Assembly: GCA_964291395.2 (NCBI GenBank)
Contig: OZ219856.1
Span: 2,368,001 to 2,432,000 of the forward strand
Length of the DNA stretch: 64,000 nt
Origin: Alphaproteobacteria bacterium
Lineage (GTDB): Bacteria > Pseudomonadota > Alphaproteobacteria > UBA2966
Direction: 5' to 3'
Shown: positions 42,178 through 52,850 of the stretch, one piece after another
Layout: each line of letters opens with the position of its first letter
Position numbering within the stretch: position 1 is the stretch's first letter
The notes under the pieces: generated by a model
What the model saw: only the letters and a program-made list of their open reading frames with translations
Told to the model about the DNA's origin: nothing
Databases searched by the model: none
Made by a program: the position numbers and the translations under genes

Positions 42178-43303
42178 CGTAAACGGCGATAAAGAACCCG
42201 GCGACGACGGCCGTCCCGATCACGCCGGCCACATTGGGACCCATGGCGTGCATGAGCAGGAAGTTGTCGGGATCGGCGCGTTGTCCTTCCACTTGGCTCA
42301 CGCGAGCGGCCATGGGAACGGCGGACACACCCGCCGATCCGATCAATGGATTGATGGGGTTCTTTCGGCTCATCAGATTCATGAGCTTGGCCATGAGCAC
42401 CCCTGCCGCCGTCGAGAAGCCGAATGCCACAATCCCGAGCGCCAGGATCTTCAGGGTCTCGACTTGCAGAAACCGTTCCCCCGTCATGGTGATTCCGACT
42501 GCGGCCCCGAGAAAGATCGTCACGACATTGATGATCTCGTTCTGAGCCGCTTTCGAGAGGCGCTCGACCACACCACATTCGCGTAGGAAATTTCCCAGCA
42601 TCAACATGCCGATCAGCGCCGAGGCCGCGGGGACCAGAAGAACACAGAGCACGGTAACCACCAGGGCGAACGCCAGCTTCTCATGCTTGGAAACGGGGCG
42701 CAGCGACCGCATGCGGATACGCCGCTCGTTTTCGGTAGTCAGCAACCGCATTATGGGCGGCTGAATCAGAGGCACCAGAGCCATATAGCTGTAAGCCGAT
42801 ACGGCGATCGGAGCCAACAGATGCGGCGCGAGCTTGTTGGCAAGAAATATGGATGTCGGGCCGTCGGCGCCCCCGATGATCCCGATCGCAGCGGCTTCCG
42901 GCGCCGCGAAGCCGAGCGTAACGGCGCCGACGAAGGTAGCGAATACCCCGAACTGCGCGGCCGCTCCCAGGATCAGCATACGCGGGTTGGCGATCAGCGG
43001 ACCGAAGTCCGTCAGCGCGCCGACACCCAGGAAGATGAGAGGCGGGAAGAGCTCCAACGTGATGCCGAGACCGATGTAGTGGAACAGACCACCGGCGGTC
43101 TCCGCCGTGGGCAGATTCACGAGCCCCTCAGTCGGCAGATTGGCGAGGAGCGCCCCGAAGCCGATCGGCACCAGGAGAAGCGGCTCGAACCTCTTGTATA
43201 CGGCGAGATAGAGTAGTCCGAGCACCACTCCCCACATCACCAGCATCCGCCAAGTGAGGTGGAAAAATCCCGTCAGCTCAATGAGGTCGGTAAGGTTTTC
43301 CAC
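42170..43303 (-). CDS. Na+-translocating decarboxylase subunit beta (OadB/MmdB/GcdB)
   Basis: [65 protein letters not shown]. Confidence 0.96.
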   Translation of the reverse strand: MENLTDLIELTGFFHLTWRMLVMWGVVLGLLYLAVYKRFEPLLLVPIGFGALLANLPTEGLVNLPTAETAGGLFHYIGLGITLELFPPLIFLGVGALTDFGPLIANPRMLILGAAAQFGVFATFVGAVTLGFAAPEAAAIGIIGGADGPTSIFLANKLAPHLLAPIAVSAYSYMALVPLIQPPIMRLLTTENERRIRMRSLRPVSKHEKLAFALVVTVLCVLLVPAASALIGMLMLGNFLRECGVVERLSKAAQNEIINVVTIFLGAAVGITMTGERFLQVETLKILALGIVAFGFSTAAGVLMAKLMNLMSRKNPINPLIGSAGVSAVPMAARVSQVEGQRADPDNFLLMHAMGPNVAGVIGTAVVAGFFIAVYGG

Positions 43304-43309
43304 GTAGCG

Positions 43310-43708
43310 TCAGGACAAGGTCAGCAGGACCTGTCCCTCCTGAACCGACGCGCCGACCTGCGCTTTCACGGACTCGACCTTGCCGTTGCGGGGCGCCGAC
43401 ACGGCCGTGTTCATCTTCATCGCTTCGAGCGTGACCAGCTTTTCGCCCTGCTGGACTTCCTGTCCTTCGGCGACATGAACCTCGACGACGGTTCCGGAAA
43501 GCGGGCTGGCAACATCATTCGTGTCCGCGGAGCTCGTGGGCGCAACGGGTGGCGGCGAGGCGGCGGGTGGCGCGATCCTTCCCGAAGCACCTGCGCTACT
43601 GGCCGACAGCGCAAGAGCAGCTCTGGGCGCCGTGGGGGGAGCCTCCCCCACCTCTTCGACGGCAACATCATATGTCTTGTCATCGACGGTAACCTTGAAA
43701 CGTCTCAT
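43310..43708 (-). CDS. biotin carrier subunit (MmdC-like)
   Basis: FKVTVDDKTYDVAVEE, Ala/Pro linker, LEAMKM. Confidence 0.93.
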   Translation of the reverse strand: MRRFKVTVDDKTYDVAVEEVGEAPPTAPRAALALSASSAGASGRIAPPAASPPPVAPTSSADTNDVASPLSGTVVEVHVAEGQEVQQGEKLVTLEAMKMNTAVSAPRNGKVESVKAQVGASVQEGQVLLTLS

Positions 43709-44125
43709 CTACCTGTTCTTCCTTCGCTGCCCCTTCGTCGTCACGCGTGGCCAGCGATCCCACGGCATACGATGCGCGCCGAAACTTTCGAACCGCCCCT
43801 CGAGCGACCAGCCGGGCGGCCGGTGACTAGGAGCGGAAATACGCACGATCCGATGTGGCCCGTCCATGACCGCAGTGACCGCCGCCGAGACCGCGACGAC
43901 ATGCTCCGGAGGGATGCTGCCCCGAGGCCTACCAAATGAGATCGGCGTTGCGCCAGCACCACCGCTGGCGCCGCCCCGGGTGAACGGAGCACCGATCAGT
44001 GCGCAGGCTACCCACAGCAAGGCCAGGACACCGAGAACGGTGCTCAAACCCGTTACGATGACCGCAATATGGTCGATCCATTCCACCATGACATTCGACA
44101 GCGACAGTTTCCCTATTTCGCCCAT
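43709..44125 (-). CDS. OadG/MmdD-like membrane anchor subunit
   Basis: Single TM (TGLSTVLGVLALL), VVAVSAAV, late W..GR motif; lies between mmdA and mmdC. Start uncertain. Confidence 0.75.
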   Translation of the reverse strand: MGEIGKLSLSNVMVEWIDHIAVIVTGLSTVLGVLALLWVACALIGAPFTRGGASGGAGATPISFGRPRGSIPPEHVVAVSAAVTAVMDGPHRIVRISAPSHRPPGWSLEGRFESFGAHRMPWDRWPRVTTKGQRRKNR

Positions 44126-45678
44126 CAAAGCGGAATATTGCCGTGTTTCTTGGGAGGCCGGGTCTCGCGCTTGGACAACAGGCTGCGCAGGCCTAGCGCG
44201 ACGGCCGAGCGCGTGTGTGACGGCTCGATGATATCAGTGACGAACCCTTTGCTCGCCGACAGGTACGGCGAGGCAAACTGCTCACGGTATTCCGAGGCCA
44301 GTTCGGCCCGTCGGGTAGCGGGCTCCTTCGCCTCTTGCAGTTCTCTCCGATAGAGGATGTTCACGGCCCCATCGGCACCCATCACAGCGATTTCCGCGCT
44401 CGGCCACGCGAACGCCAGATCAGCGCCCATGTCGCGGCTGCACATGGCAAGGTAGGCGCCGCCATAGGCCTTGCGCATGAATACTGTGATCTTTGGTGAC
44501 GTCGAATTCCCATAGGCGAAAAGCATCTTCGCGCCGTGCCGAATGATGCCACCAAGTTCCTGCGTCACGCCGGGAAGGAACCCGGGAACGTCGACGAGCG
44601 TAACGATGGGGATGTTGAAACAGTCGAGGAAGTTGATGAAGCGTGCCGCCTTGTCCGAGGCATCGATGTCGAGCGTCCCCGCCTTCACCGTCGACTGGTT
44701 GGCTATAATGCCGACCACGATTCCACCGACGCGGGCGAATCCGATGATGACATTTCCCGCAAAATCGGGCTGCACTTCCATGAATGAACCATCGTCCACC
44801 AGCCGGTCGATAACCAGATGCGCATCGATCGGCTCCTTTTCGGACTCCGGAACCAAGGTATTCATTCCGGGATCCTCGCTGAGCGTGAGGTTTTCCGCAG
44901 GTTCGTGCGGCGGATCCATGACATTGTTCGACGGCAGGTACGACAACAACCGCTGGACGATCGCAATGGCGTGGGCATCGTCGTCGGCCACGAAGTGGAT
45001 ATTGCCGCTGATCGTGGCATGTGCCGCAGCACTGCCAATCTCCTCCATGGTCGTAATTTGACCGGTCGCCGCACGGATGACGTCGGGACCGCAGATGAAC
45101 ATGTTCGCGTTGGACTTCGTCATGATGATGAAATCCATCAGTGCTGGCGAGTAGGAGGCGCCGCCTGCGCACGGTCCAGCGATGACCGCGATCTGAGGTA
45201 CCACGCCGGACATCCGGACATTGCGGACAAACACCTGCCCATAGCCCGCTAGCGACTCCACGCCCTCCTGAATTCTGGCGCCACCAGAATCGTTGAAAGC
45301 GACGATAGGCATGCCGTTCGTACCGGCGTAGTCCATAATGTTGCAGATCTTTTGCGCATGGATCTTTCCCAACGATCCGCCGGCAACGGTGAAATCCTGG
45401 CTGAAAGCCGCGACCGCGCGGCCTTCGGTAAATCCGATTCCGGTGACTACGCCGTCACCGGCAAGCTCGCGCTTTTCCATCCCGAAGTGCCGCGTCTCGT
45501 GCCGAACGTGCAGTCCAAATTCCTGGAAAGTATGGTTGTCGAACAAGCCGACAAGCCGCTCCCGGGCAGTCATCTGACCGCGCTCGCGCCGTTCCTCAAG
45601 TTTCTCTACCCCGCCGCCGAGCAAAGCCTTCTCGCGACGACGCACGAGATCAGTCAAGAGTTCGGTCAGTCGTGCCAT
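44125..45678 (-). CDS. acyl-CoA carboxyltransferase, methylmalonyl-CoA decarboxylase alpha-like (MmdA)
   Basis: SQDFTVAGGSLG, DSGGARIQEG, GPCAGGA, VDVPGFLPG, RKAYGGAY, KKHGNIPL. Confidence 0.93.
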   Translation of the reverse strand: MARLTELLTDLVRRREKALLGGGVEKLEERRERGQMTARERLVGLFDNHTFQEFGLHVRHETRHFGMEKRELAGDGVVTGIGFTEGRAVAAFSQDFTVAGGSLGKIHAQKICNIMDYAGTNGMPIVAFNDSGGARIQEGVESLAGYGQVFVRNVRMSGVVPQIAVIAGPCAGGASYSPALMDFIIMTKSNANMFICGPDVIRAATGQITTMEEIGSAAAHATISGNIHFVADDDAHAIAIVQRLLSYLPSNNVMDPPHEPAENLTLSEDPGMNTLVPESEKEPIDAHLVIDRLVDDGSFMEVQPDFAGNVIIGFARVGGIVVGIIANQSTVKAGTLDIDASDKAARFINFLDCFNIPIVTLVDVPGFLPGVTQELGGIIRHGAKMLFAYGNSTSPKITVFMRKAYGGAYLAMCSRDMGADLAFAWPSAEIAVMGADGAVNILYRRELQEAKEPATRRAELASEYREQFASPYLSASKGFVTDIIEPSHTRSAVALGLRSLLSKRETRPPKKHGNIPL

Positions 45679-45733
45679 ACCCCAAATGTTCGAAAGTGGC
45701 GGAAATCAACGCGCTCCGAGCGTCCGGAATACC

Positions 45734-45739
45734 ATTATA
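45734..45739 (-). promoter_or_regulatory. -10 box upstream of decarboxylase operon
   Basis: Perfect TATAAT about 55 nt upstream of the mmdA-like ATG; -35 is weak. Confidence 0.4.
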
Positions 45740-45785
45740 GTGAGGCCACAGCCAGCAGAAAGGCAAAGCGAACGTGACGGGTCCG

Positions 45786-46496
45786 TCACGACAAACGACT
45801 CAATTCGAACAAACGCTCGACCGCATGTAGGTCGAGGCACAGGCGTTCAGCGCGCTGCACCGCCTCAGCGTCGTCGCCCCAGCGCTCGGCCTGCCACGTC
45901 TCGTCGAGGTGGCTCAATTCCCAGGCTGATTGAGCGTCCAAACGACCGTGAGACAGGGCCAACGCCAACACCAGAGAGCCAGTGATTGTGGTCGCCAGGT
46001 GGAGCGCAGCGAGTTCCAGATCATTGTGCGTGGCGACGGCATCACGCAACGCCACCAGGCTGTGACGATCCTGCGCGGCTGGCATGATGTCGGTGGTGAC
46101 GCCCAAGGGGGCTGATAACGTCTCGTCAACCCAGTCGAGCAGGGGTTGCCATTTCTCCGCCTGACGGGCGGAAAGGTCGGCGTTCTCCGATCGGTAACAC
46201 AACAGATCGGTTTCTCCGTAGGCGGATACCCGTGCGATGATTCCATCTCTTTCCGGTGACACCCGATCAATTGCCGTTACCGCGATACGAGTCAGCGGCA
46301 TGCATTGTGGCCGAACCTCGTCTTCCTGATCACGCCATTCTTTCGCGATCGCAAGCCCCAGGGACTCATTCGGAAGCCGCAGGACCGATTTTGCGGGTGA
46401 CCTCAAGGGCCGGCCATCCAGTGTCACCACCGTCATCCCATCCGCTGAGGCCACACTCACTTCCTTGTAGAGACGCTTGCGCGGACGAAGGGTCAT
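45786..46496 (-). CDS. ATP12 family F1-ATPase chaperone
   Basis: KRLYK, LDGRPLRSP, MPLTR, TDLLCYR, DETWQAERWGDDAEA. Confidence 0.93.
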   Translation of the reverse strand: MTLRPRKRLYKEVSVASADGMTVVTLDGRPLRSPAKSVLRLPNESLGLAIAKEWRDQEDEVRPQCMPLTRIAVTAIDRVSPERDGIIARVSAYGETDLLCYRSENADLSARQAEKWQPLLDWVDETLSAPLGVTTDIMPAAQDRHSLVALRDAVATHNDLELAALHLATTITGSLVLALALSHGRLDAQSAWELSHLDETWQAERWGDDAEAVQRAERLCLDLHAVERLFELSRLS

Positions 46497-46567
46497 TAGC
46501 CGAGCACCTTGTCAACGGCGGCACCGATACCCCTAACCACCGGACGCCGATCCGAGGAGCAGCCTCG

Positions 46568-47239
46568 TCATCCATCCAACAGAGTAGTCAGTATGCCCGC
46601 AAGGTCTTGGAAATAGTCGATCACGGCGTGCGCGCGGGCGGCACGCAACTCGTCGACAGGATGATAGCCCCACGATACACCCACCGCGTAGGCTCCGGCC
46701 GCCCGGGCCATCTCCATATCGTACGTCGTATCGCCCACGACGGTCGTGTTCTCCGGTTCTGCGCCCGCTTCCGCCATCGCACGCCGTACCATTGCCGGGT
46801 GAGGTTTTCCGGGGTTCCGATCAGCGGTCTGAAGCGTCACAAACCGACCGTGAATTCCGTGACGCTGGAGGGTTGCTTCAAGGCCCCGTAGTGACTTTCC
46901 GGTGGCCACGCCGGCCAACATTCCATTCTCTTCTATGTGGGCGAGTATCTCTTCGACCCCTGGATATAGTGGCTCCTCGTAATGGGGTGCGCGCCGCATC
47001 TCGAAGAAGGCTGCACGATAACCCTCGATCAAGCTTTCATGGTCACTCCTAGACCCCTTGGGCAAAAGCCGTACCATCGAGTCGTGGAGTGACAATCCCA
47101 CGACGCGGCGAATGGCATCCTGGGACGGACGAGGAAAATCCAGACCGTCGAACGCTCGGTTCATCGCGCCGATGATCGTCCGCTGACTGTCGACCAGAGT
47201 GCCGTCACAATCGAATATGACTAGCCCACGCGGTTTCAT
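46568..47239 (-). CDS. HAD-IA hydrolase (phosphoglycolate phosphatase-like)
   Basis: FDCDGTLVDS, ATGK, KPHP, GDTTYD. Confidence 0.93.
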   Translation of the reverse strand: MKPRGLVIFDCDGTLVDSQRTIIGAMNRAFDGLDFPRPSQDAIRRVVGLSLHDSMVRLLPKGSRSDHESLIEGYRAAFFEMRRAPHYEEPLYPGVEEILAHIEENGMLAGVATGKSLRGLEATLQRHGIHGRFVTLQTADRNPGKPHPAMVRRAMAEAGAEPENTTVVGDTTYDMEMARAAGAYAVGVSWGYHPVDELRAARAHAVIDYFQDLAGILTTLLDG

Positions 47240-48234
47240 CAAAGGCCTCCAAGATCGCCTGACGCGTCATCGAATCCTTCCCGAAAGCCGAAGAATTCCC
47301 AGGTTTCCAACATGTGGGGCGGCAGTTGTGCCGACACCGAGATTCTGTGTCCATCCGGCATTGGAACATCTATGGACCGGGCGTGGAGATGCAATCTGCG
47401 GGAGAGCCCCGACATATGGGCGGCCGATCCACCGTACTTTCCGTCTCCCAGGATTGGTGTACCAATCACTGCCATGTGGACCCGGAGCTGATGGGTTCGG
47501 CCCGTCTCAGGCGATAGTTCAACCCAGGCTGCCCGGCGGCCGGCCGCCTCGATGACACGGAAACCGGTCCGCGCCCGCTTGCCATCGGCAATTCCTGTCA
47601 TGCGCTCACGTCGTCTCCTACCTTGTTTGGCGAGGGGAAGGTCAACTGCTCCCTCGAAAGGCTTGGGAACGCCGACCACCACGGCCCAATACGTCTTCCG
47701 TGCCTCACGCCGCCGTAGCGCCTCGGCGATCGCAGCGGTTGCCCTGGGTGTCCGGCCCACCAGCAGGACGCCACTCGTATCTTTATCCAATCGATGTGCC
47801 AGCCGCGGCCTCTCGGCCAGCCCGAACCGCAGCGCATCCAACATCGCATCGACATGTTGGCCGACACCGGTTCCTCCCTGCACTGCCAATCCTGCCGGCT
47901 TGTTCAGCGCGATGACGTCAGAGTCTCGATAAATCACATGGGCACGAATCTGCCGAGCTTGGTCTTCCCCGATCAGGGTGCTTTCGTCCAGAGGCTCTGC
48001 GGAATCCTTCTCGCTGCCTGTTCCGCTTTCGGCCACCGGTGGAATGCGGATGATCTGGCCCTCCGCGATCCGGGTCGAAGCCTTTGTACGCCGCCTATCC
48101 AGCCGAATCTGTCCCGTGCGCAACAGTTTCTCCAAGCGGCCGTGAGACAGGGCCGGATAGTGCCGCCGGAACCAACGGTCGAGGCGCGTGCCCGCCTCGC
48201 TGGAGGAGACTCTGCGGAATTCGATGCCGCTCAC
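47239..48234 (-). CDS. RluA/RluC family 23S rRNA pseudouridine synthase
   Basis: S4 domain RLDRW, NKPAGL, HRLDKDTSG, TGRTHQLRVH, GDGKYG. Confidence 0.95.
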   Translation of the reverse strand: MSGIEFRRVSSSEAGTRLDRWFRRHYPALSHGRLEKLLRTGQIRLDRRRTKASTRIAEGQIIRIPPVAESGTGSEKDSAEPLDESTLIGEDQARQIRAHVIYRDSDVIALNKPAGLAVQGGTGVGQHVDAMLDALRFGLAERPRLAHRLDKDTSGVLLVGRTPRATAAIAEALRRREARKTYWAVVVGVPKPFEGAVDLPLAKQGRRRRERMTGIADGKRARTGFRVIEAAGRRAAWVELSPETGRTHQLRVHMAVIGTPILGDGKYGGSAAHMSGLSRRLHLHARSIDVPMPDGHRISVSAQLPPHMLETWEFFGFREGFDDASGDLGGL

Positions 48235-48611
48235 GTGACCAGGGCACGCATCAGGTGCATGCCAGCGAATATGCCGGCAAGTGCCAAGATTACGGAAGCG
48301 ACCACGTATCCGACCGCGGACACGATCTCGCCTCGCTCCACCAGCGTCGCGAAATCCAACGAGAACGCGGAAAACGTCGTGAATCCGCCTAGCAGGCCAA
48401 CGGTCAGAAATGCCCGAAGTTCATTTCCGATGTTCCATTTGATGCCTATCAAGGCGATGAGAATGCCCATCAGGAACGAGCCAACGACGTTGACGGTGAG
48501 CGTGCCATACGGGAATGCAGCGCCCAGCCACTTGAGCGCGTATACGCCGACATAGTGGCGACCCACGGCACCGATGGCGCCGCCTGCTGCAACAGCCAGG
48601 ATAAGTTTCAT
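48231..48611 (-). CDS. crcB: fluoride efflux channel CrcB/FluC
   Basis: GGAIGA, FPYGTLTVN, GLLGGFTTFSAF. Confidence 0.96.
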   Translation of the reverse strand: MKLILAVAAGGAIGAVGRHYVGVYALKWLGAAFPYGTLTVNVVGSFLMGILIALIGIKWNIGNELRAFLTVGLLGGFTTFSAFSLDFATLVERGEIVSAVGYVVASVILALAGIFAGMHLMRALVT

Positions 48612-48651
48612 GGAGAGGTCTGTTCGAGCAATGGCTTACGCCGTGACGCGT

Positions 48652-49590
48652 TCATGTGACACCGAATATCCAGCCCTCTTGCCACCAGCGCGCGACAGAC
48701 AACCCCGGGGGATTCCAAACCGTGCCATCGCCCGACAGGCGCCGCAAGGCTGCCGCCGCAATCAGGGCATCCGCCTTGTCGTCCTCGGACCCGTCGTCCA
48801 ATATTCGGTCCCGCAAAGGTGCTGAACCATAGAATTCCAGGACCTGATTGAGCGTTTGCATATCGCGAACCTTGCCCGTTGCGGCCGATGAAATGCGAAC
48901 GAAGGCACCTGGATACATGTCCACGGCAACAATGACCGAACGGGATTCGGGCAGCCGATCGAAGGGCCAGATGCACAAATGAGGAACCTTAAGACGCAGG
49001 TAATGCAAGACGCGCATTCCCGCAAGCGATCCCTTTGCGACCTGCGCTGGCCCCACCAACCGGAATATGCTCTCCGGACGCCCCAAGCCTACACGGCGGC
49101 AGCGCTCGTCCGTAATACGGAGGCGGGGCTCATATCGGACACCGCCTTGAAAGTAGCGGGCGTACCGGCTCCCCTCGACGAACGCTCCGGCGAAAAAGTC
49201 CCCTGTGGCTTCGCACACGTTATCGACGCACAGCCACAAGTCGGCAGCGGTAGAGGGTGCGTCGGGAACATTGGGAAAAAACTCACCCCGATCAAAGCGT
49301 GGAAACGAGAAGGCGAAGTCGAATCCCACCAGAACGCGACCATTTGGCGAGAGAATTTCTACGAACCAGTCCGCGAATGTGCTGCGGGTCCAGTGTTGCC
49401 CGTCCGGGGAAGGCACGAGACGCGGTGCGGACCGTCCAGCCTTCGCCATGGCGACTTGCAAACCCGGCAATCTTGGACCGCGCGCACCCGACCAATCTAC
49501 ACCGACGAACCAATCGAAGGCCGCAGGCGGACCTGCTTCGTCATTCTCCGTCGGAATCGCTTCGCTGATCTCGAAGCTTCTGCCAGTCAT
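48652..49590 (-). CDS. hypothetical protein, DUF429-like predicted RNase H-fold nuclease
   Basis: GVDWSGA, GFDFAF, RITD, IWPF, DMYP, DKADALIAA; fills the gap between rarA and crcB. Confidence 0.65.
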   Translation of the reverse strand: MTGRSFEISEAIPTENDEAGPPAAFDWFVGVDWSGARGPRLPGLQVAMAKAGRSAPRLVPSPDGQHWTRSTFADWFVEILSPNGRVLVGFDFAFSFPRFDRGEFFPNVPDAPSTAADLWLCVDNVCEATGDFFAGAFVEGSRYARYFQGGVRYEPRLRITDERCRRVGLGRPESIFRLVGPAQVAKGSLAGMRVLHYLRLKVPHLCIWPFDRLPESRSVIVAVDMYPGAFVRISSAATGKVRDMQTLNQVLEFYGSAPLRDRILDDGSEDDKADALIAAAALRRLSGDGTVWNPPGLSVARWWQEGWIFGVT

Positions 49591-50857
49591 TCAAGCGCTT
49601 GCGGATATCGCGTTCGAACCCGCGTTCACCCGGCTGGTAAAAGGTGTGACGCGGCATGTCATCAGGGAAATAGTTCTGGCCGGAAAAGCCCTCCTCCGTT
49701 TCGTGGTCATAGAGGTATCCTTCTCCATATCCAAGATCCTCCATCAGGCGGGTCGGTGCGTTGAGAATATGCTTTGGCGGCATCAAGGATCCCGTTTCTC
49801 GCGCTTTCCGCGTCGCGGTGCCCAGCGCCCGATATGCCGCATTCGATTTGGAGGCGGTCGCCAGATAGATGACGGCTTGCGCCAGTGCCAATTCCCCCTC
49901 GGGACTGCCGACGAACTCGTACGCCTCCTTGGCCGCTAACGCCTGAAGGAGAGCATGAGGGTCCGCAAGACCCACATCCTCGACCGCGAATCGGACCAGC
50001 CGTCGGGCAATGTATAGCGGTTCCTCGCCTCCAACCAACATGCGGGCGAGCCAGTAGAGCGCGGCATCTGCATCCGAACCCCGAAGGGACTTATGCAGGG
50101 CGCTGATCAGGTTGTAATGCCCTTCCTGCGATTTATCGTAGACTGGTGCCCGCTTTTGGACCGCTGTCACCAATGATTGCGAATCGAGAATGTCATCGCC
50201 AGACAGCGAAAACAGTTCTTCCGCTAGGTTGAGCACGTAACGACCATCTCCGTCGGCCATCGCCCGCAATGTCTGACGAGCATCTTCATCCAGGGGAAGC
50301 GACGTCTCTTCGGCCTCCTCGGCCCGCTGCAGAAGAGTCTCGAGGGCAGAATCATCCAATCTATTCAGGACGAGGACCTGACACCGGGAAAGCAATGCCG
50401 CGTTTAATTCGAACGAAGGATTTTCCGTCGTCGCGCCGATCAGCACCACGGTTCCGTCTTCTACGACGGGCAGAAAGGCGTCCTGCTGTGATCTGTTGAA
50501 CCGATGAATCTCATCGACGAAGAGCAGTGTTCCACGGCCATCCAAACGCCGGCTTTTCGCCGAATCGAATACCTTTCGGAGATCCGCCACGCCGGAGAAC
50601 ACGGCAGACAGCTGAACGAACTCCAATCCGGTGTGTTCGGCCAAGAGTCTTGCGATCGTGGTCTTACCCGATCCGGGCGGTCCCCAGAGAATCAGGGACA
50701 CGATGCGTCCGGCGGACACCATGCGGCCGATTGGACCTTCGGCAGCAAGCAGGTGCCCCTGTCCGACGACTTCTGCCAATGTCTTCGGGCGGAGCTGATC
50801 GGCAAGCGGCCGGGGCGTCCCCTCCGAAAGCCCTGCGGCTTCGAACAACGTGCTCAT
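49541..50857 (-). CDS. rarA: replication-associated recombination protein RarA/MgsA
   Basis: [46 protein letters not shown]. Confidence 0.96.
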   Translation of the reverse strand: MSTLFEAAGLSEGTPRPLADQLRPKTLAEVVGQGHLLAAEGPIGRMVSAGRIVSLILWGPPGSGKTTIARLLAEHTGLEFVQLSAVFSGVADLRKVFDSAKSRRLDGRGTLLFVDEIHRFNRSQQDAFLPVVEDGTVVLIGATTENPSFELNAALLSRCQVLVLNRLDDSALETLLQRAEEAEETSLPLDEDARQTLRAMADGDGRYVLNLAEELFSLSGDDILDSQSLVTAVQKRAPVYDKSQEGHYNLISALHKSLRGSDADAALYWLARMLVGGEEPLYIARRLVRFAVEDVGLADPHALLQALAAKEAYEFVGSPEGELALAQAVIYLATASKSNAAYRALGTATRKARETGSLMPPKHILNAPTRLMEDLGYGEGYLYDHETEEGFSGQNYFPDDMPRHTFYQPGERGFERDIRKRLNDWQKLRDQRSDSDGE

Positions 50858-52275
50858 TGCCTGACCATGACGTTCAATTGGCGATCGCCCCGCTTGATCG
50901 CGATCCTCCAGTTCGAGGCTTCCTCGTTTGTCGCCACGAGAACGTCTTCGACAAGCTCTATTTCTTTCCCGTTAATTCGTACCAGCACATCTCCCGGCTT
51001 CAGCCGCAGATTTCGGGCGGGACTGTTCGTGGCCACCTCCACCACCACCACGCCCCGACGCATGGGATCAAAGCCAAGTTCCTCGGCAAAAGCCGGCGAA
51101 AGATTGCCGATCCGCGCACCGGCCAGTGGACCCCGACCCTCGACCCAAGTCAGATCCCTCTGCGGCATCTCCGGCGGCGGCCCCAGCGCGACCTCAGTCT
51201 TGAGAGTCCTCTCCCCGCGCAGAACGGTCAGTTCCACGTTCGAGTCCAGAGGATGGGTCGCGATCCGGAATTCCAATCCCTCGGGGTCGAGGACCTTATG
51301 CCGCCCGATGGCCTTGATGATATCGCCCACCTTGATGCCGGCTCTATCGGCGGGTCCCTTCGGATATACGGCGTTGACGAGAACCCCACTTGGACGATCA
51401 AGGCCTTGCGCGGACGCGATATCAGCGGTCACCCCTTGCCCTGTAGCGCCAAGCCACGGCCGGACCACTCGGCCTCCGCGGAGAGCGCCTTCCACGACGA
51501 CGCGTACCATGTTGGCGGGAACCGCAAATCCGATACCGATGGAGCCACCGGACTTCGAGAAGATGGCTGTGTTCACACCGGCGAGCCGACCATCGAGACC
51601 GACCATTGCACCCCCCGAATTGCCGGGATTTATTGCAGCGTCAGTCTGGATGAAATAGCGGTAATCAGCTACGCCCACCTGAGTCCGGGCGAGCGCTGAG
51701 ACGATACCACTTGTAACGGTCTGGCCCACGCCAAACGGATTTCCAATCGCGAGAACAATGTCTCCGACCTCAATGTCATCCGAATCCATGAGTTCCAGAT
51801 GCGGCAAGGACGTTCCTTCGGTTTCGATACGCAGAACGGCGAGGTCCGTCCGTTCATCGGTCAGCACGACGTCCGCGTCAAACTCGCGCCGGTCCGCTAA
51901 GGCCACGATGACTTCGTCCGCACCGGAGATGACGTGGTTGTTTGTCACAATGTAACCGTCGGGACGCACGATGACGCCTGAGCCCAACGAGTTCTCGATA
52001 CGCTCACGCCGGGCGCCGGGAGGCAGCACGTCACCGAAGAACCGCCGGAAGAAGGGATCGTTGAACAGTGGCGAACGGAACGTCCGTCGCACAACCTTCC
52101 GAGCATAGATATTGACCACCGCGGGTGCCGTTCGGCGCACAAGTGGCGCATAGCTGAGCTGTAGTTCGGCGTTGCTGGTCGGGACGACCCGTTCCGCCGC
52201 TCGGACCCCGGAAACTCCAAACGCGAAGATCATCACCCACGCGAGGGACAGCACCCACTCTCTTCTGAGTACCAT
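50854..52275 (-). CDS. Do/DegQ family periplasmic serine protease with two PDZ domains
   Basis: SLGSGV, TNNHV, TDLAVL, QTDAAINPGNSGG. Confidence 0.95.
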   Translation of the reverse strand: MVLRREWVLSLAWVMIFAFGVSGVRAAERVVPTSNAELQLSYAPLVRRTAPAVVNIYARKVVRRTFRSPLFNDPFFRRFFGDVLPPGARRERIENSLGSGVIVRPDGYIVTNNHVISGADEVIVALADRREFDADVVLTDERTDLAVLRIETEGTSLPHLELMDSDDIEVGDIVLAIGNPFGVGQTVTSGIVSALARTQVGVADYRYFIQTDAAINPGNSGGAMVGLDGRLAGVNTAIFSKSGGSIGIGFAVPANMVRVVVEGALRGGRVVRPWLGATGQGVTADIASAQGLDRPSGVLVNAVYPKGPADRAGIKVGDIIKAIGRHKVLDPEGLEFRIATHPLDSNVELTVLRGERTLKTEVALGPPPEMPQRDLTWVEGRGPLAGARIGNLSPAFAEELGFDPMRRGVVVVEVATNSPARNLRLKPGDVLVRINGKEIELVEDVLVATNEEASNWRIAIKRGDRQLNVMVRQ

Positions 52276-52385
52276 GGAGCCCTTTCGTGTCGACCCAACC
52301 ATTCGGATACTCGGCAGCCCAAAATCCAAAAGGGGCAGCCCAACGCCACCCCCTTTCGATTCTGCTCTCGATCCAATCACCGGGT

Positions 52386-52817
52386 TCAGGCGGCGACCTC
52401 CGCCTGCTCTTCATTGTCATCGCCGGGGACCGGCCCCGAGTCCAAGCCCTTCGCGCCTTCGTCACGGTCGACCAACTCGATGAAGGCCATTTCTGCCGCG
52501 TCGCCATAACGGTACCCCTTGCGCAGCACCCGGGTGTAGCCTCCGGCCCGGTCGGCATACCGTTCCGCCAAGGTCGTGAACAATTTCTGGACCAGCGTAG
52601 TATCCGGAATGGAAGCCAATGCTTGGCGACGGGCATGAAGGTCTCCGCGCTTCCCCAACGTGATCAATCGATCAACGACGCGCCGAAGTTCCTTTGCCTT
52701 GGGTAATGTCGTTTCGATCTGCTCGTGCTTGATCAGGGACGCGGCCATGTTGCGGAACATTGCGGTGCGATGGGCACTCGCCCGATTGAGCCGGCGTCCT
52801 TGGTTGCGGTGACGCAT
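52386..52817 (-). CDS. rplQ: 50S ribosomal protein L17
   Basis: [19 protein letters not shown]. Confidence 0.98.
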   Translation of the reverse strand: MRHRNQGRRLNRASAHRTAMFRNMAASLIKHEQIETTLPKAKELRRVVDRLITLGKRGDLHARRQALASIPDTTLVQKLFTTLAERYADRAGGYTRVLRKGYRYGDAAEMAFIELVDRDEGAKGLDSGPVPGDDNEEQAEVAA

Positions 52818-52850
52818 TCGCATTCGCTCCCCTGTACGGCCCTTCCCTTC

